In this document: one piece after another, positions 10,123 to 22,160 of the stretch
Layout of the letters: each line of letters opens with the position of its first letter
How positions within the stretch are numbered: position 1 is the stretch's first letter
Source: Lama guanicoe
Taxonomy: Eukaryota
Length of the DNA stretch: 64,000 bases
Reading direction: 5' to 3'
Assembly: GCA_013239625.1 (NCBI GenBank)
Contig: MU053304.1
Location: forward strand, 1 to 64,000
The notes under the pieces: generated by a model
What the model was told of the DNA's origin: nothing
Databases searched by the model: none
Seen by the model: the letters and a program-made list of their open reading frames with translations, nothing else
Program-made: the position numbers and the translations under genes

Positions 10123-13100
10123 CTGTAGTGGGGAGGGACCGCCGTGGTCATTTCTTCCAGCATCTGCTGGCAGACTCTCTTGCACCCTTGTCTCAGCTTA
10201 AAGCTGCCCTCCCAGCATCCCATCCACTTTGTTCCTCCAGTTGCTTTATCTCCCATCCCTCTGCTCATGCCCCTCGTGGCACAATGTCTGTACCCATCTC
10301 TGCTGATGTGTTATTTTGTATGCTGTCTCCCCTGCGAGGTGGGTCTCCTGGAGAGCAGGAATGATGTCTGTCTTGGTGCTTGGCACCTTGCCTTACCCAG
10401 GGAAGGTGTGCAGTAAAGATCTCTGCTGTATGACTAGCTTTCAGAACACTCTCCAGCTTTAAGAAAACACTCGCCCAGGCCAGCCATGAGAACCCAGAGG
10501 CTCTGCGGGGGGTGCACAGGAGCAGGTGAGCAGACCCAGGGCTCCCTGTTCCCCAAAGTGCTGGGCTCCTTCCTCCCCCAGGGGAGGTGAGAGCTTCTGT
10601 GGATGAGCAGGCAGGCACAGACGGCAAGAGGAAAAGCATGCGTTCTGGGACATGGCAAACGTGCTGTCGGGTTTTCTAACCCCAGAGAGTCACCCTTTCA
10701 GGAGTTAATGCTCTAATTTTGCTTCAACTGAGTGTATTTAGAATCAAGTAATACGAATGGATATGGCTCCAAACAGAAAAGCCCAAAGCATGCCAAGGAC
10801 CCCTGGGGAGGAGTAGGGACTGATGAAGGATGGAAGAAGTGGGCCAAAACGAGGAATTGGACAGAGTGGGGGGCTGGGTCACAGCCCTGATCTGGGGCAG
10901 GAGCCCCACGTGCTGCTCTCCCACCCAGGGCTCTGGTGGGAGGACGGGTGGATCACACATGTGTGTACAACCTCTAGGAAAAGGCTTGGGTGAGCTGGTC
11001 CCTACACTTTGCGGGAAAGCGTCCTCCCTTGGGGAGACTCTTGGGGCCTTGTCCAGCTTAGGGGAGACTCTCCTCCGCCTTTAATCCAAACCCCTAGGCT
11101 GCAAGTTCAGCCCATACTTCTCCCACAGAGGCAGGAGAAGGGGGAGGAAGCTCTGGCTGGCCTGGTAGCAGCTGGAGGCCCAAGTGGACTCCCCCTTCCT
11201 GGAGGGGCGGATAGTGCTGCAGGTTTAGCTTCATCACCTGGCCAAGCTCTTGGAAAGAAAAGCAGCCAGTTGAGGGGATGAGACTGCAAGTGGGCAGAGT
11301 CCCGCATTCCCCAGCCTGGGCCTGCCACACAGAGGTGTGGCCCTGGTCTGCCAAGCTGTCTCCAGAGCACCTCTGTCTCCCTACAAAGCCCTCCCTATGA
11401 GGTGGAAGGGCTCCGGAAATGCTTCAGGGCAGATACCACCAGGGCCAGGCCTGGACCTTGGGGGGAGGCCTACCCACGTCATGCACTTCTAGCCTCTCCT
11501 CTGTGGGGACCTCACTAAGCTGGCCCACAGCCCACCGCCCACCGTTGGGCAGGGATTGGACAAAAGACTTCAGGTCAGGCCTCAGATGGCCCTTCTCCCT
11601 AGCAGGAGGCATGTGTATGGAGTGAGGAGTCTCTTCATTCGCAGCAGTTTGCAGTAAGTCTTTTAATAGTGATAATCCTGCCTCCCACCTGACATCTGTC
11701 TTTGTGCTGACAACCCTGAGTTCAAGCACTTGAAGCTGACCACCAAATCTCCTGAGGCGAAGCCTCCATCCTGCTCCAACATGTTCTTGCTTTAGGACCC
11801 TGAACAAGTCACAGACCTTGTCTGATCCTCCTTTTTCTTGCATGTACAACACGGATAGTAACAGTCCCTGTTTCACAGGGTGGTCACAGAAACCAAGGAG
11901 TAAAACGTGCTTCAAGGGCAGACCCTGTGCCTGGCGCGTCATCGGCCCCAAGACCCAGGAGCTGCTTTCCTCTCTCTACCTTTCATGCTAAATGGCCACT
12001 CTAGAATCTCCCCATGGTGCCCTGGGATTGTCCTCCTTGCCATTTGTGTGTCCTCCCTGCCATTTGTGTCCCCTCCATTGACCTTCCCATGCCTCCCCTG
12101 GAGGCCACCTCCATCCCTCCTGGGCACTAACTGCCCGCCCAGCCACTTGGCAACAAGGGCCAGGCTGTTCTAGGGTCATCCATGTCACAGTTGAGCACCA
12201 TTTGACTCTTCACATTTGGTTTCATATTTAGACCTTGTCATCCCAAGAGGAGTCTCAGTTTCTGTTCAGTAAATGTCTAATTTGACTTATTTTCTGTTGT
12301 TGGTCAGACACTGCAAATCATTATCTCCTAAATGCATAAGATGTACACGTTCATTCATTCGTTGTTCAGTCAGCAAACAGGATTGTGTGCCAGGCAGTTC
12401 TAGACTTGTCTCCCCAAGCAGTCCGAGTATCACTGTGGCAGGGGGCACAGGGGCTGACCCCTGGAGCCCCGCAGTCTCCAGTTCAGCTGCAGGCTTGAGG
12501 CATAAGGAGGGAATACCTGTAACCTTGGGGCTGACCCTGGCCTGCATTTTGCTAGTGTGGCCAGCAGGGGACAGCATGGTCCCATAGCAGGGTTGTGGCG
12601 AGCTCTGGGCTAGGGCAGGCCAAATAGCAGGGCAAGCAAGGATGGGGGACTCCAGCCTGTGCCCCCACCCCCTCTATCCTCACCCCCACCCCGCAGGTCA
12701 AAGGAACTGAATGCCTGGGGAATCTCCCCAGACAGAGCCCTGCTCCTGCTCTTATTTCCTGCAGGGGCTCCCCAGCCTTGCCTCTCATGATCTTGAGTAA
12801 GGAGGAGAAGCCAAGGGGAGGGACGGGGAGGGTGGGGATGATGCCCAGAGCCCCAGGCAGAGACAAGACCTCATCAAGCTGCTTCTCCAGTGACCCCACT
12901 ACTTGTCCTCCCTGGTCCCCGGTACAGTCCCTGAGTTGCCTGAGGCTGGTGAGAAAAAACAAGTAGCTCTTCTTAACCTTGAGAAGGAAGTCTGGAGAAA
13001 CTTTGGTTGCAGGGGCCGACCTTGGACAGGTCCCTTGGTGCCTCTGGGGGCTCCACATCCTTGAGTGTCTCAGCCCCTCCCTCAGGACAGGGCGGGAGTT

Positions 13101-14653
13101 AAGAGGGCAGCCTGTGGGACTCTCTCCAAGACAGTTCAGAGATACAGAGCACTCCTCCCTGATAAATGTCAATGTCACCAAACAGGGTGGTGGCCCAGGA
13201 GCAAGAGCCCAATTCCCCGGGTGCTGCCACAGCTCATTAGTGCTCCCGGATAGCTGCAGGGACCACAACCTGTCCTTAAATCCTTCTCCTACCTGCAGGT
13301 GGGGGAGGGAGGGGTAGAGAGAAAATGCAAAAGTGTGAGCATGGAAAAGTAGAAGTGGGCCCTGAAGCCCCGACTAGTCAATCCTGGAGACTGGTGGGGG
13401 GGAGCTGGGAGGGCACAGTACAGATGGCGGCAGGCCCCCCAGCACAGCGTGGGAACAGGAAGGATAAGCCAAGCTGCCAGCATCCAGACCCCACTGAGTT
13501 CAAGATTCATCGTCAAAAACGGGGCCAAATAGGGCCGGACACCCGGGAGGGGGAAACAGGCTGGCTAGTACTGAGACATGGACGGGTAGATGTCACTGCT
13601 TTCTTCTGGGGCCAACAAAGGGATCCCTCTTGCTGGACTCCGACAGGTCCCCCGATGGGTCAGTTCTCTGAACCAGCCAGCAGGGGGCCTCCCAGCATCT
13701 TTCTTTTGCAGGACCCGGGACATGGCAGGAGCAGCTTAGAACCCAGGAACTTCTGGGCAGGGATGACCTTAGCTTGTGAAGTGCAGCTCCCCGGCACAAG
13801 GCCCAAGGGTCTCTGGACTCCCATTCAGTGTGTTTTTCCTTGGCCAAAGCCAGCTCTAAGGCCAAGGGCTTCACTCGGTCCCAGAGAGTGAACTCTGCTC
13901 TGAGGGAACGTGAGGAGAAGAGGGGCTCCCACAGCTGACCCGTCAGCAAGCACCCTTCTCCCTGATCTCCTCCCCGCTCGAGGGGCAGGGCTGCACACAC
14001 AGGCCCACAGCCAGACCTCAGATGATGCTCCACCTGTCCTGGGTGGATAGGACGTCCTCTGAGAACAAACTGCACATATTGTGGTCTGAGAACCCAAGTG
14101 GGGATGGAGCCCTGCACGCTGCCCTGGCCTCACACCTTGCTCCCTGGTCTAGGTACCTGCCCTGATCATAACCCAGCCCCTGCCCCCAGCCTGCCACAGC
14201 TCTGCTGGGGTGGGGTGCTGGAACTCAGGAACTGCCTGACAACTGCTCTCCATGGGGGCCCGGGAACAGCTGCTGGCCAGGATCACCTTCCAGAACAGCA
14301 GGCCAAGTCCTCAGAGACAGGGCCTTGGTCCCAGGCCTGGCATCTGCTGAGCATCTGGAGCTCAGTGCCACCAGGGGCCCAGGACTCTGGGGTTCTGGAG
14401 TGGGCTCTGCCGTGACAGACAGCTGAACGGCGAGCAGGGGGCCGTGCCAGATACAAGCACCACAGCACTCAGTCCGCAGCCTCTCCCCTACCTGTGCTCA
14501 GGGCCATCCCAGGGAGGAGGTGAGCAAGCCTCGAGGTGTCAGAGTCCTCGCTCACCTGCTATGGCAGAGGGCAGGTAAAGGCTACAAGCAACCTACCCAC
14601 AAGTACACACGCTGCTCACACAGCAAAGATGACTTGACTAGAATGGGGACTGG

Positions 14654-16142
14654 CAAAGTGTGTTAATGTTACTTAAAGAAAAATATATAAATTATATGAA
14701 ATAATAGGACATTACTTTATGTGATTTTTTTTTTATAGGACATCCTTTTGCCTTTAAGATGCTAACGTTCATTAGGACATGATGAGAAGAAGGAGCTAGT
14801 GGGATGCGACATTTACTACTCACTGATGACTGAACCTGTTTGTGTCACATCTTTAAGGACGATGTTTGGGAAAGGCCACTCTGCCTGGCAGGGGTCAGAC
14901 AGTGGCTAAATGAGAAATGGGCTGAAATGTCTGCCCTTTCAGAGGAAGGCTGCCCATCCTTGCCCATCAAGGAATTGGGTGTGTCCGTGGCCACAGAAGG
15001 GCCTCTGTTGGGGGCTGGGGGTATCCTGGGGTGAGGTTCTTGCTCTTCGCCTGTCCTGAGCCACTTCCTTCCTTGTTCCCCGAGCACAGACCTGGACAAC
15101 TGGAGAGGGGGAGAGGTCCCTGGTTCCTAGCTCTGCCTTTCAGTAGCTGTGTGATTTCAGATAAATTTCTTAACCTCTCTGCATCTCAATTTATTCACCT
15201 GAAAAAATGGGATGCAATCTTCAAGTGCCTGGTCTTCAATAAGTATTACATTATTATTACTCGTACTGCAGAAGTGACTGGCCTGGGTACCAAACCCTAG
15301 GATGTGGGCTGAACACAGCAAGATCCTCGAGGCTTCCCGCCCCAATGCCACCACTTTGATCCAGGCCTCCATCTCTCCTTACTTCTAGCCACTCCTTACA
15401 AAGTGTGTTAATGTTACTTAAAGAAAAATATATAAATTATATGAAATAATAGGACATTACTTTATGTGATTTTTTTTTTATAGGACATCCTTTTGCCTTT
15501 AAGATGCTAACGTTCATTAGGACATGATGAGAAGAAGGAGCTAGTGGGATGCGACATTTACTACTCACTGATGACTGAACCTGTTTGTGTCACATCTTTA
15601 AGGACGATGTTTGGGAAAGGCCACTCTGCCTGGCAGGGGTCAGACAGTGGCTAAATGAGAAATGGGCTGAAATGTCTGCCCTTTCAGAGGAAGGCTGCCC
15701 ATCCTTGCCCATCAAGGAATTGGGTGTGTCCGTGGCCACAGAAGGGCCTCTGTTGGGGGCTGGGGGTATCCTGGGGTGAGGTTCTTGCTCTTCGCCTGTC
15801 CTGAGCCACTTCCTTCCTTGTTCCCCGAGCACAGACCTGGACAACTGGAGAGGGGGAGAGGTCCCTGGTTCCTAGCTCTGCCTTTCAGTAGCTGTGTGAT
15901 TTCAGATAAATTTCTTAACCTCTCTGCATCTCAATTTATTCACCTGAAAAAATGGGATGCAATCTTCAAGTGCCTGGTCTTCAATAAGTATTACATTATT
16001 ATTACTCGTACTGCAGAAGTGACTGGCCTGGGTACCAAACCCTAGGATGTGGGCTGAACACAGCAAGATCCTCGAGGCTTCCCGCCCCAATGCCACCACT
16101 TTGATCCAGGCCTCCATCTCTCCTTACTTCTAGCCACTCCTT
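14654..16142. repeat. Tandem duplication: two 744-bp copies (14654-15397 and 15399-16142) separated by one base
   Basis: Both copies run caaagtgtgttaatg...tagccactcctt. Four identical ORFs recur at offset 745 in the track (for example 14840/15585 and 15031/15776). I found no mismatch by eye, and the T10 run is the same length in both. Confidence 0.97.
15118..15250 (+). mobile_element. MIR fragment (second copy at ~15863-15995 through the tandem duplication)
   Basis: MIR core cctagctctgcc...tagctgtgtga...cttaacctctctgcatctcaatttattcacctgaaaaaatggg. Confidence 0.7.
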
Positions 16143-19100
16143 GCTGTTTCCATGTTTCCATCTTCACACCAGTGTGGTGCATTCTTCCTCAAAGGCAAAT
16201 CTGGTCATGCCCCTCTCCTCACTGAAGCCCTTCAACAGCTACCACTGTTCTCAGGATAGTTGCACCTCAGGGTAAATGAGGTTTTCCAGGTCGCCACTTG
16301 TCACGTACGCAGGGTCACCTCTCCATTCTCCCTGTCTCCCACCCCTCCCATTCCAGACATACTCAATTCTTGGGGCTCTTTCCTCCTTCCCTCTCTTTGC
16401 ACAGCTGTTCCCTTAACTTGGAGCCCTAGGCCATTCTCCTCCCACCTCTCTTTCCTAGATGCCCCTTCCTCTGGGGAGGCAGCATGAGATGCCCACTTGC
16501 CTCCTATGTGCCTCCTGGGCGTCCATTCCCACGCCATCACACACACAGCCTGCACGACCATAGTCTGTATCTCCCTCCGCACCCCATGCCACCTACCCTG
16601 GTCCTAGTGGGAGGCCTAGCCCAAAGGAGACCCTTAAGTCTGTCACAATGAAGGGTTCCCAGGATGCAGCACATTCAGGAGTTGAGAGGGCTAGGTCCCA
16701 CCACCGTGCCCTTTTCACACACACATGCTTCGACCCCTAACACTTGCTGCTCCAGGTGGTAGAAAATGCCTAAGAAAAGAGCTCTCCCGAGACTGTTCCC
16801 AAACCTGCGAGAAAGAAGCCACAGCCCCTCCCTGCTCTTTCCCATCCCCTGAGTCCACAGAGCCCCGGTCCCCACTGACAACAGGCTGCTGGCGTGTTAT
16901 TTAAAAATACCCAGAGTCAGGGACCTCCATCTGGAGCCATTCATCCGTCTTTTCTCTTACTCACCCTGAAGCCCTTTGGGAGCTGCTGCTGTGGGTCAGT
17001 GTGGAGAGAGACAGAAGAGATGCCTATGAAGCCCCTGGGATAGGTGACCCAGGACGGGCCAGGTGCAGCCCTGGGAGTTGTTTGTGTCCCTTTCTAATGT
17101 GTGGGGAAGCTTAAAGGTGCAAAAAGGAAAGGTGATCAGGCCCAAGTCCCACAAATCCCTAACCAGCACCTGGAGTCACCACCACCAGGTCTATGTGACC
17201 TCGAGGCCCTGCTGCCACCAGAGAGCCTTGGCCTGCCCTCCCAGCCTTGTGGGGATATGCCCACAAATGCAAGGTCAATTCCAAGAGATGGCAAAGAGCT
17301 GGGAGATACTTTACAGGGAAGGGATGAACAGGGAAGGTATAGAGGAGGAGGGAAAAAGAGCAGCAGGCATGTTTGGAAACTAAGGAACTAAGAGAAGGGA
17401 GAGGAGGGCTCCGAGGTTGGGGGGCAGGGACGGCCCTCAGAGGCCTGGGTGCCAGACTCCAGGATGGGGACCTTGTAGGGGGCTGGGGAGGTTGCTGAAG
17501 GAGGATGGCCATGAAGGGAAAAACAGTTCAGTGGGCACAGAGGGACCAGAGGCTGGTGCAGGCAGGGGATGCTGAAGATTCTGTGGCCAGCAAGAAAGGG
17601 CAGGTCTGGCCAGAGTTCAGGGATACACTCAAAGTGAGGCTCTGCGAGTGGGTGACCCTGTCATGGGGCACAGAGGGGCAAAGAGGGAGGGAGCTCAGAG
17701 GGTGACAAGGTGGCTGAGAAGGGGAAGGGGCCTGAGAGGAGGAACCAGGTCCAGCTGGGGAGTTGTCCACCGGGCAGAGGCTGCAGTGAAGAGGAGGAGG
17801 GGCTTGGATGGGTTGCTGGGCTTGGCAAGCAGGAGTGTATGGCCATGGCCGTGAGGAGGGGGAAGCCGATACAGAAAACAAGGGTTCAAGAGTGAGGAAG
17901 GCTGTCCAGCCTGCAATTCTCATACATTTATTGGTGAAAGAGGTGAGGGTTACTTTGAAAGGAAGGTGACAAGAGCCTCTGTGATGTTTTCTGATTGCTG
18001 GGTTAGGTTTCCAAAAGGTCTCAATATGTTTTCACAGAGAGAGGAGATAACGGGAAAGAACCTGGGGGTGAGAACATGACCAAACAGCAGCCTGGCAGGG
18101 AGAGACTCCCCAGGGAAGCGGCCTGATTTCCTCCCAGCTGTGCGCTCCCAGCAGGGGAGGCTGGGCCCCGAGGTTAAAGGGGCAAGGAGGAGGCTTGTCT
18201 GAGATGCCCGCTGCTTGGGGGGGACCCTGCGGGAGACCGTGTGTGAGAAGCAGCTGGTTTACCTCAGAGTACTGCATGAGGGACTGTCCCTAAAACAGTT
18301 TTCTCAAGTCCCCTGGGCACAAGAAAGACGAGAAAGGCCCGTACACATCAGTTCCACAAAGACAGGCCACCTGTAAAAGGCCCAGGGACGGAGCAGCCTC
18401 CGTGGGCCGACCCCAGGCTTGTGCCCTGTGGCAAAGACAAGCACAGTCCAGACCGAGGTCAGCGCCGGGCTGGCCGCGCGGAGCTGGCTCTCTCCCCTCC
18501 CGCAGATCCCCCATGGCCCAGCGGAGGGGGGCTGGCACTGGCGGCAGGGTCTCAGCCCAGGCGTGGTGCTGACAGGCAGGCTGCACTCCTGACCTGCCGG
18601 CCAGGGCCCCGGCCCTCGGGCTCTCCGTTCCTGTGCACTTTCCCTCTCAACCCTGCCTGGCAAGAGTGGCTGGGCCTCCAACGATGTTCCTCTTTCAGAT
18701 CCATTTTACCAGCCTAACCAGATGAGAAACTCACCCCACCCCTTCCCTACCCAGAGTACTCAGAAAGTGGCTTTGGAAACGACTGGGGAGCTGAGCAGCC
18801 AGGGCAGAGTGGCATGGCTGTTGCCCAAACCTGCAAATGCATCAATTTTCAAAGACCAAAAGCAACTGAGAGACTAGAACAGCCTCTTCTGCCCTAAGCC
18901 ACCAGGGCACTTGTCGCAGCTCTGTGGGAATCTCATGCAAATGGAACTAGGCTGCTTACCGAGACTGTTCAATTAGCTCTTGGTGAAAACTGCTAACTCG
19001 GAAATTTGATAAGAATTGCTCCCAACCAGTCTCAAATTCATTTCTTCTGAAGACTAAATTTTCCCCACTTGGGTACATCCTCACTGCAGGCTCGGGAGCT

Positions 19101-22023
19101 CTTGGGCTTTGCACTGGCCCTGAAGGCAGCTGCCACACCTCTCAAAACAGCAGTGAGCCAGAGGTTGGCCCCTTCTCTGTGGAGGAGCAGCCCGAGGGGA
19201 TGGAGGCGGTGGCCACCCTCCAGGGGGAACTGCTGCTCTCCCAGTGGCCCCAGATTGAGTGTAATGTGGTGGAAAATGCAAGGGACCGGGAGCTGGGTGA
19301 GATGGGAAGTCAGTGGCCCGATGAGCACTACAGTGGGAGCTGCTGCAGATGGGGAAAGGGGAAAGGAGTGTGGTGCCGCTGTCTCCCAGACTAGGGGGGA
19401 GCTGATAGCCTTGAGCTGGAAAGTGGAGGCCTGGAGAGGGAGAGCTGAAGGCAGAGTGGCCCAGGGCTGGGGGGCACACCAGAGGAAGGGCGGCAGACTG
19501 ACCGATGGGCGCCCACCCACGGCCGGCCCTCTTGAGTGGAGGGTGCTGTGGCCGCGGCTCGGGCCTCTCACTGACCCCTCTCCTCCTGGGCTCACTGCAA
19601 CCTGCTGAGTGTTTTGGACATTCCCATGAAACCACAGGGAAATGAATGGGGCCGAGTTCACAGGCATGGAAAACCCCAGAGGAGAAGGCCTCTGGAGCCA
19701 GACATAACAGGCCCTGCGGGTGAGGCCGGAGCCAGGTTTCCTCTTCTGGGAGGCTGAATCCACTCCAGGGCCTTTCTATAGGTTCAGCGGGCGGGGCCCA
19801 GCTGCAGGAGAAGGCACGTTTCAGCCGCTTGTTTTTCTAGCTCAAAAGGAAGTCTCCAGAGGCTAAGCGGTCAGAGCGGGGCCCTCGGGCCCTGCCAAAG
19901 GGAGGCCCAGTGGCTGCGGTAGGGAGGGGGGAGGGGACCGGCTGAGGAGCTGGGTTGACAGGCAGAAAGCCCTTTGTCAGCGTAAAGCTACAGAAGCCTC
20001 GCTCCCTTCCCAAGGTTCAGGGCTCTGCTCTCAGAGGCACCGGCAGGCCTGCACGCAGCAGCGGCCCTGGGCCGCGCTCATGGCAGAAAGCTCCCCCTAA
20101 GCAGAACCAGGTGGCAGTTAGCGCTGTGCGGCCTCGCAGAGCTGGGTAATTAGGGCTTGCTGGCTCTGCCACGGTGTTGACACACATGCCTTTCTCCACT
20201 TCCAGCTGCTGTCCAACTGGAATTAGAACCGCTGACCAGAGGAGGTGCGGCCAAGACGCACAGAAGACTGGCCACCTCTGGGAGCCACCGTGGTGCCCCC
20301 AGTGACTTATCTGTCCTGCTTGGACTCCCTGGCTGGGGTCCCTTTCATATCCAAGCCCAACAGGGGGTGGGGAGCTGGTTCCATAATCTTGGATAATGTA
20401 CAGGGCTTGGACAAGCTCAGTGGGGACCAGATGGGTCATCACTGATGTTAGGAAGGATCAATTTTGATTCAGAAATTAGGCTTTAGGCACAGAAATATTC
20501 GAGAAGTAAGAGTGTTATGGAATGCACAGGTTCTTTCTCTCACATATATCACACACACAGTCCCCCGGCACAGCGAATCCGCCTCCAGCAATTGCTGTGG
20601 GGGCATCTGCATTTTTGCAGGATGACTAGAGCTCCTACGGAGAGGCCAGCTGCCCAGGGTACACACGCCATCAGGGCCTGGAGCACTGCTGGGAGACTAA
20701 CGAGTAGGTGCCCTGGACAGCAAGGCCTGTAGAGGGTCTCAGCACTGGGGAGGCCCTGTGGTGGGTACAGTGAGCTGCTTCTCCACCGGCTCCTACAACA
20801 GGAGGGGTGGGATCTGAGAGCCCCCAACACATTGACCTTCCATGCTCCGAGGCCACCAGGAGGAGAGGGACGGGCGGAAGGTGTAGGTGGATGCACACTG
20901 GCAGGGAGACCCGAACCATGAAACCACCTTGGGAGGCTGCCTGGGCACACTGTGCCAGTTCCGGTCATTGCAAAGGGTCTTGTGGGGTTCTTCACAACCT
21001 TAACATTCCCTCTTCGGTTTTGTTTGTGAAGAAGGCCCAAGAGTGGGCTACAATTCCAGCCACACATGCGGGTGGTATCAGCTTCCTCGAAGACAACATA
21101 TCTTATGAAATCTTTCGGGAAACATCAGCCCTTCTTTCTCATCCTGGGCCCGAGACAGACCTGATGGTCATCCTGGAGCCAGAGCCACGAGTCTTTAATG
21201 CCTGAGGCAGCTGGGGCTGGGGCAGGGCTGTGGGTCCCAGTAAGGGTCTTCCTGCTTTCCATGCTCCGCAGCCCTCTGCTCAGTTCAGCCCAGACAGCAA
21301 CCAGGAACTGCCCTGTCAAATACCTTTTCGATTATGCCCCTCAGCTCCTAGCTGACACAAATTCTATGTTCTCACGCCACAGCCTCGCTCTGGCTCCGCT
21401 CACCTGGGTCTCACTCACCTGCACCTGTGATTCTTTTACTGGCCCCTCCCCACCCCGGCCCTGACTCCTCTTGGGCCATTCATACCTGTTCAACGCTCAA
21501 CACTCTTGGGTGGGCTTAGCCAGCTCTATTTACCCTGAGTCCCAGGGCCTGGAACAGTACCTGGCATACAGTTAGGCACTCACTAAATGTTTTTGCCATT
21601 TTTCGCTTTGGCAAGACCAACACCTCATATTTCTACGGTGCTTTACATTGTTTTCACATACGACAGTCATGTGACCACCATTACAACTGAGGGAGAGGGA
21701 CCCTGTCGCCACCCCCATTTCACAGACGAGGAAACAGGCCTGGAGATGCAGCCCCATCCACCTAGCTGTTGAGTGGGGAGCTGGCCTAAGCCTGGCAGGG
21801 GTGAGCAGGGACCTTTGGGTGGCTCTGTGCAGGCCCAATGCTAGGTGCTTTGCCACTGTTGGCCCTTCCAAGTCTCACAACAAGTCTTAGACCCCCCTCA
21901 AGTTCCTACAAGCAAGGGGAGGCTGAGTTATGTGACTCCCCTAAGCTCATAGAGCAAGGACACCAGATGCCCCATCCACTGTTTTTTCCTCGGGTGATCT
22001 TGTGTCATCTGCCTTAAGCTTTC

Positions 22024-22160
22024 GTGTATTGTTTGTTTTATGAGGGGGAGGTAATTAGGTTTATTCCTTGATTTCCGCTTGGAGGAGGTACTGGGGATTG
22101 AACCCAGGACCCCTTGGGTGCTGAGCATGCACTCTACCACTTGAGCTATACCCTTTCCCC
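22024..22160 (-). mobile_element. tRNA-derived SINE (same family as 288-454) with 8-bp TSD
   Basis: The minus strand reads GGGGAAAGGGTATAGCTCAAGTGGTAGAG...GGGTTCAATCCCCAGTACCTCC...AAACCTAATTACC. The direct repeat aagctttc sits at 22016-22023 and 22161-22168. Confidence 0.88.

Noticed and set aside
12552..19763. Long intronic ORFs (12552..13268 -, 13325..13891 +, 19038..19763 -)
   Set aside because: They show no family motifs or splice-consistent structure and are explained by stop-codon scarcity in GC-rich intron.
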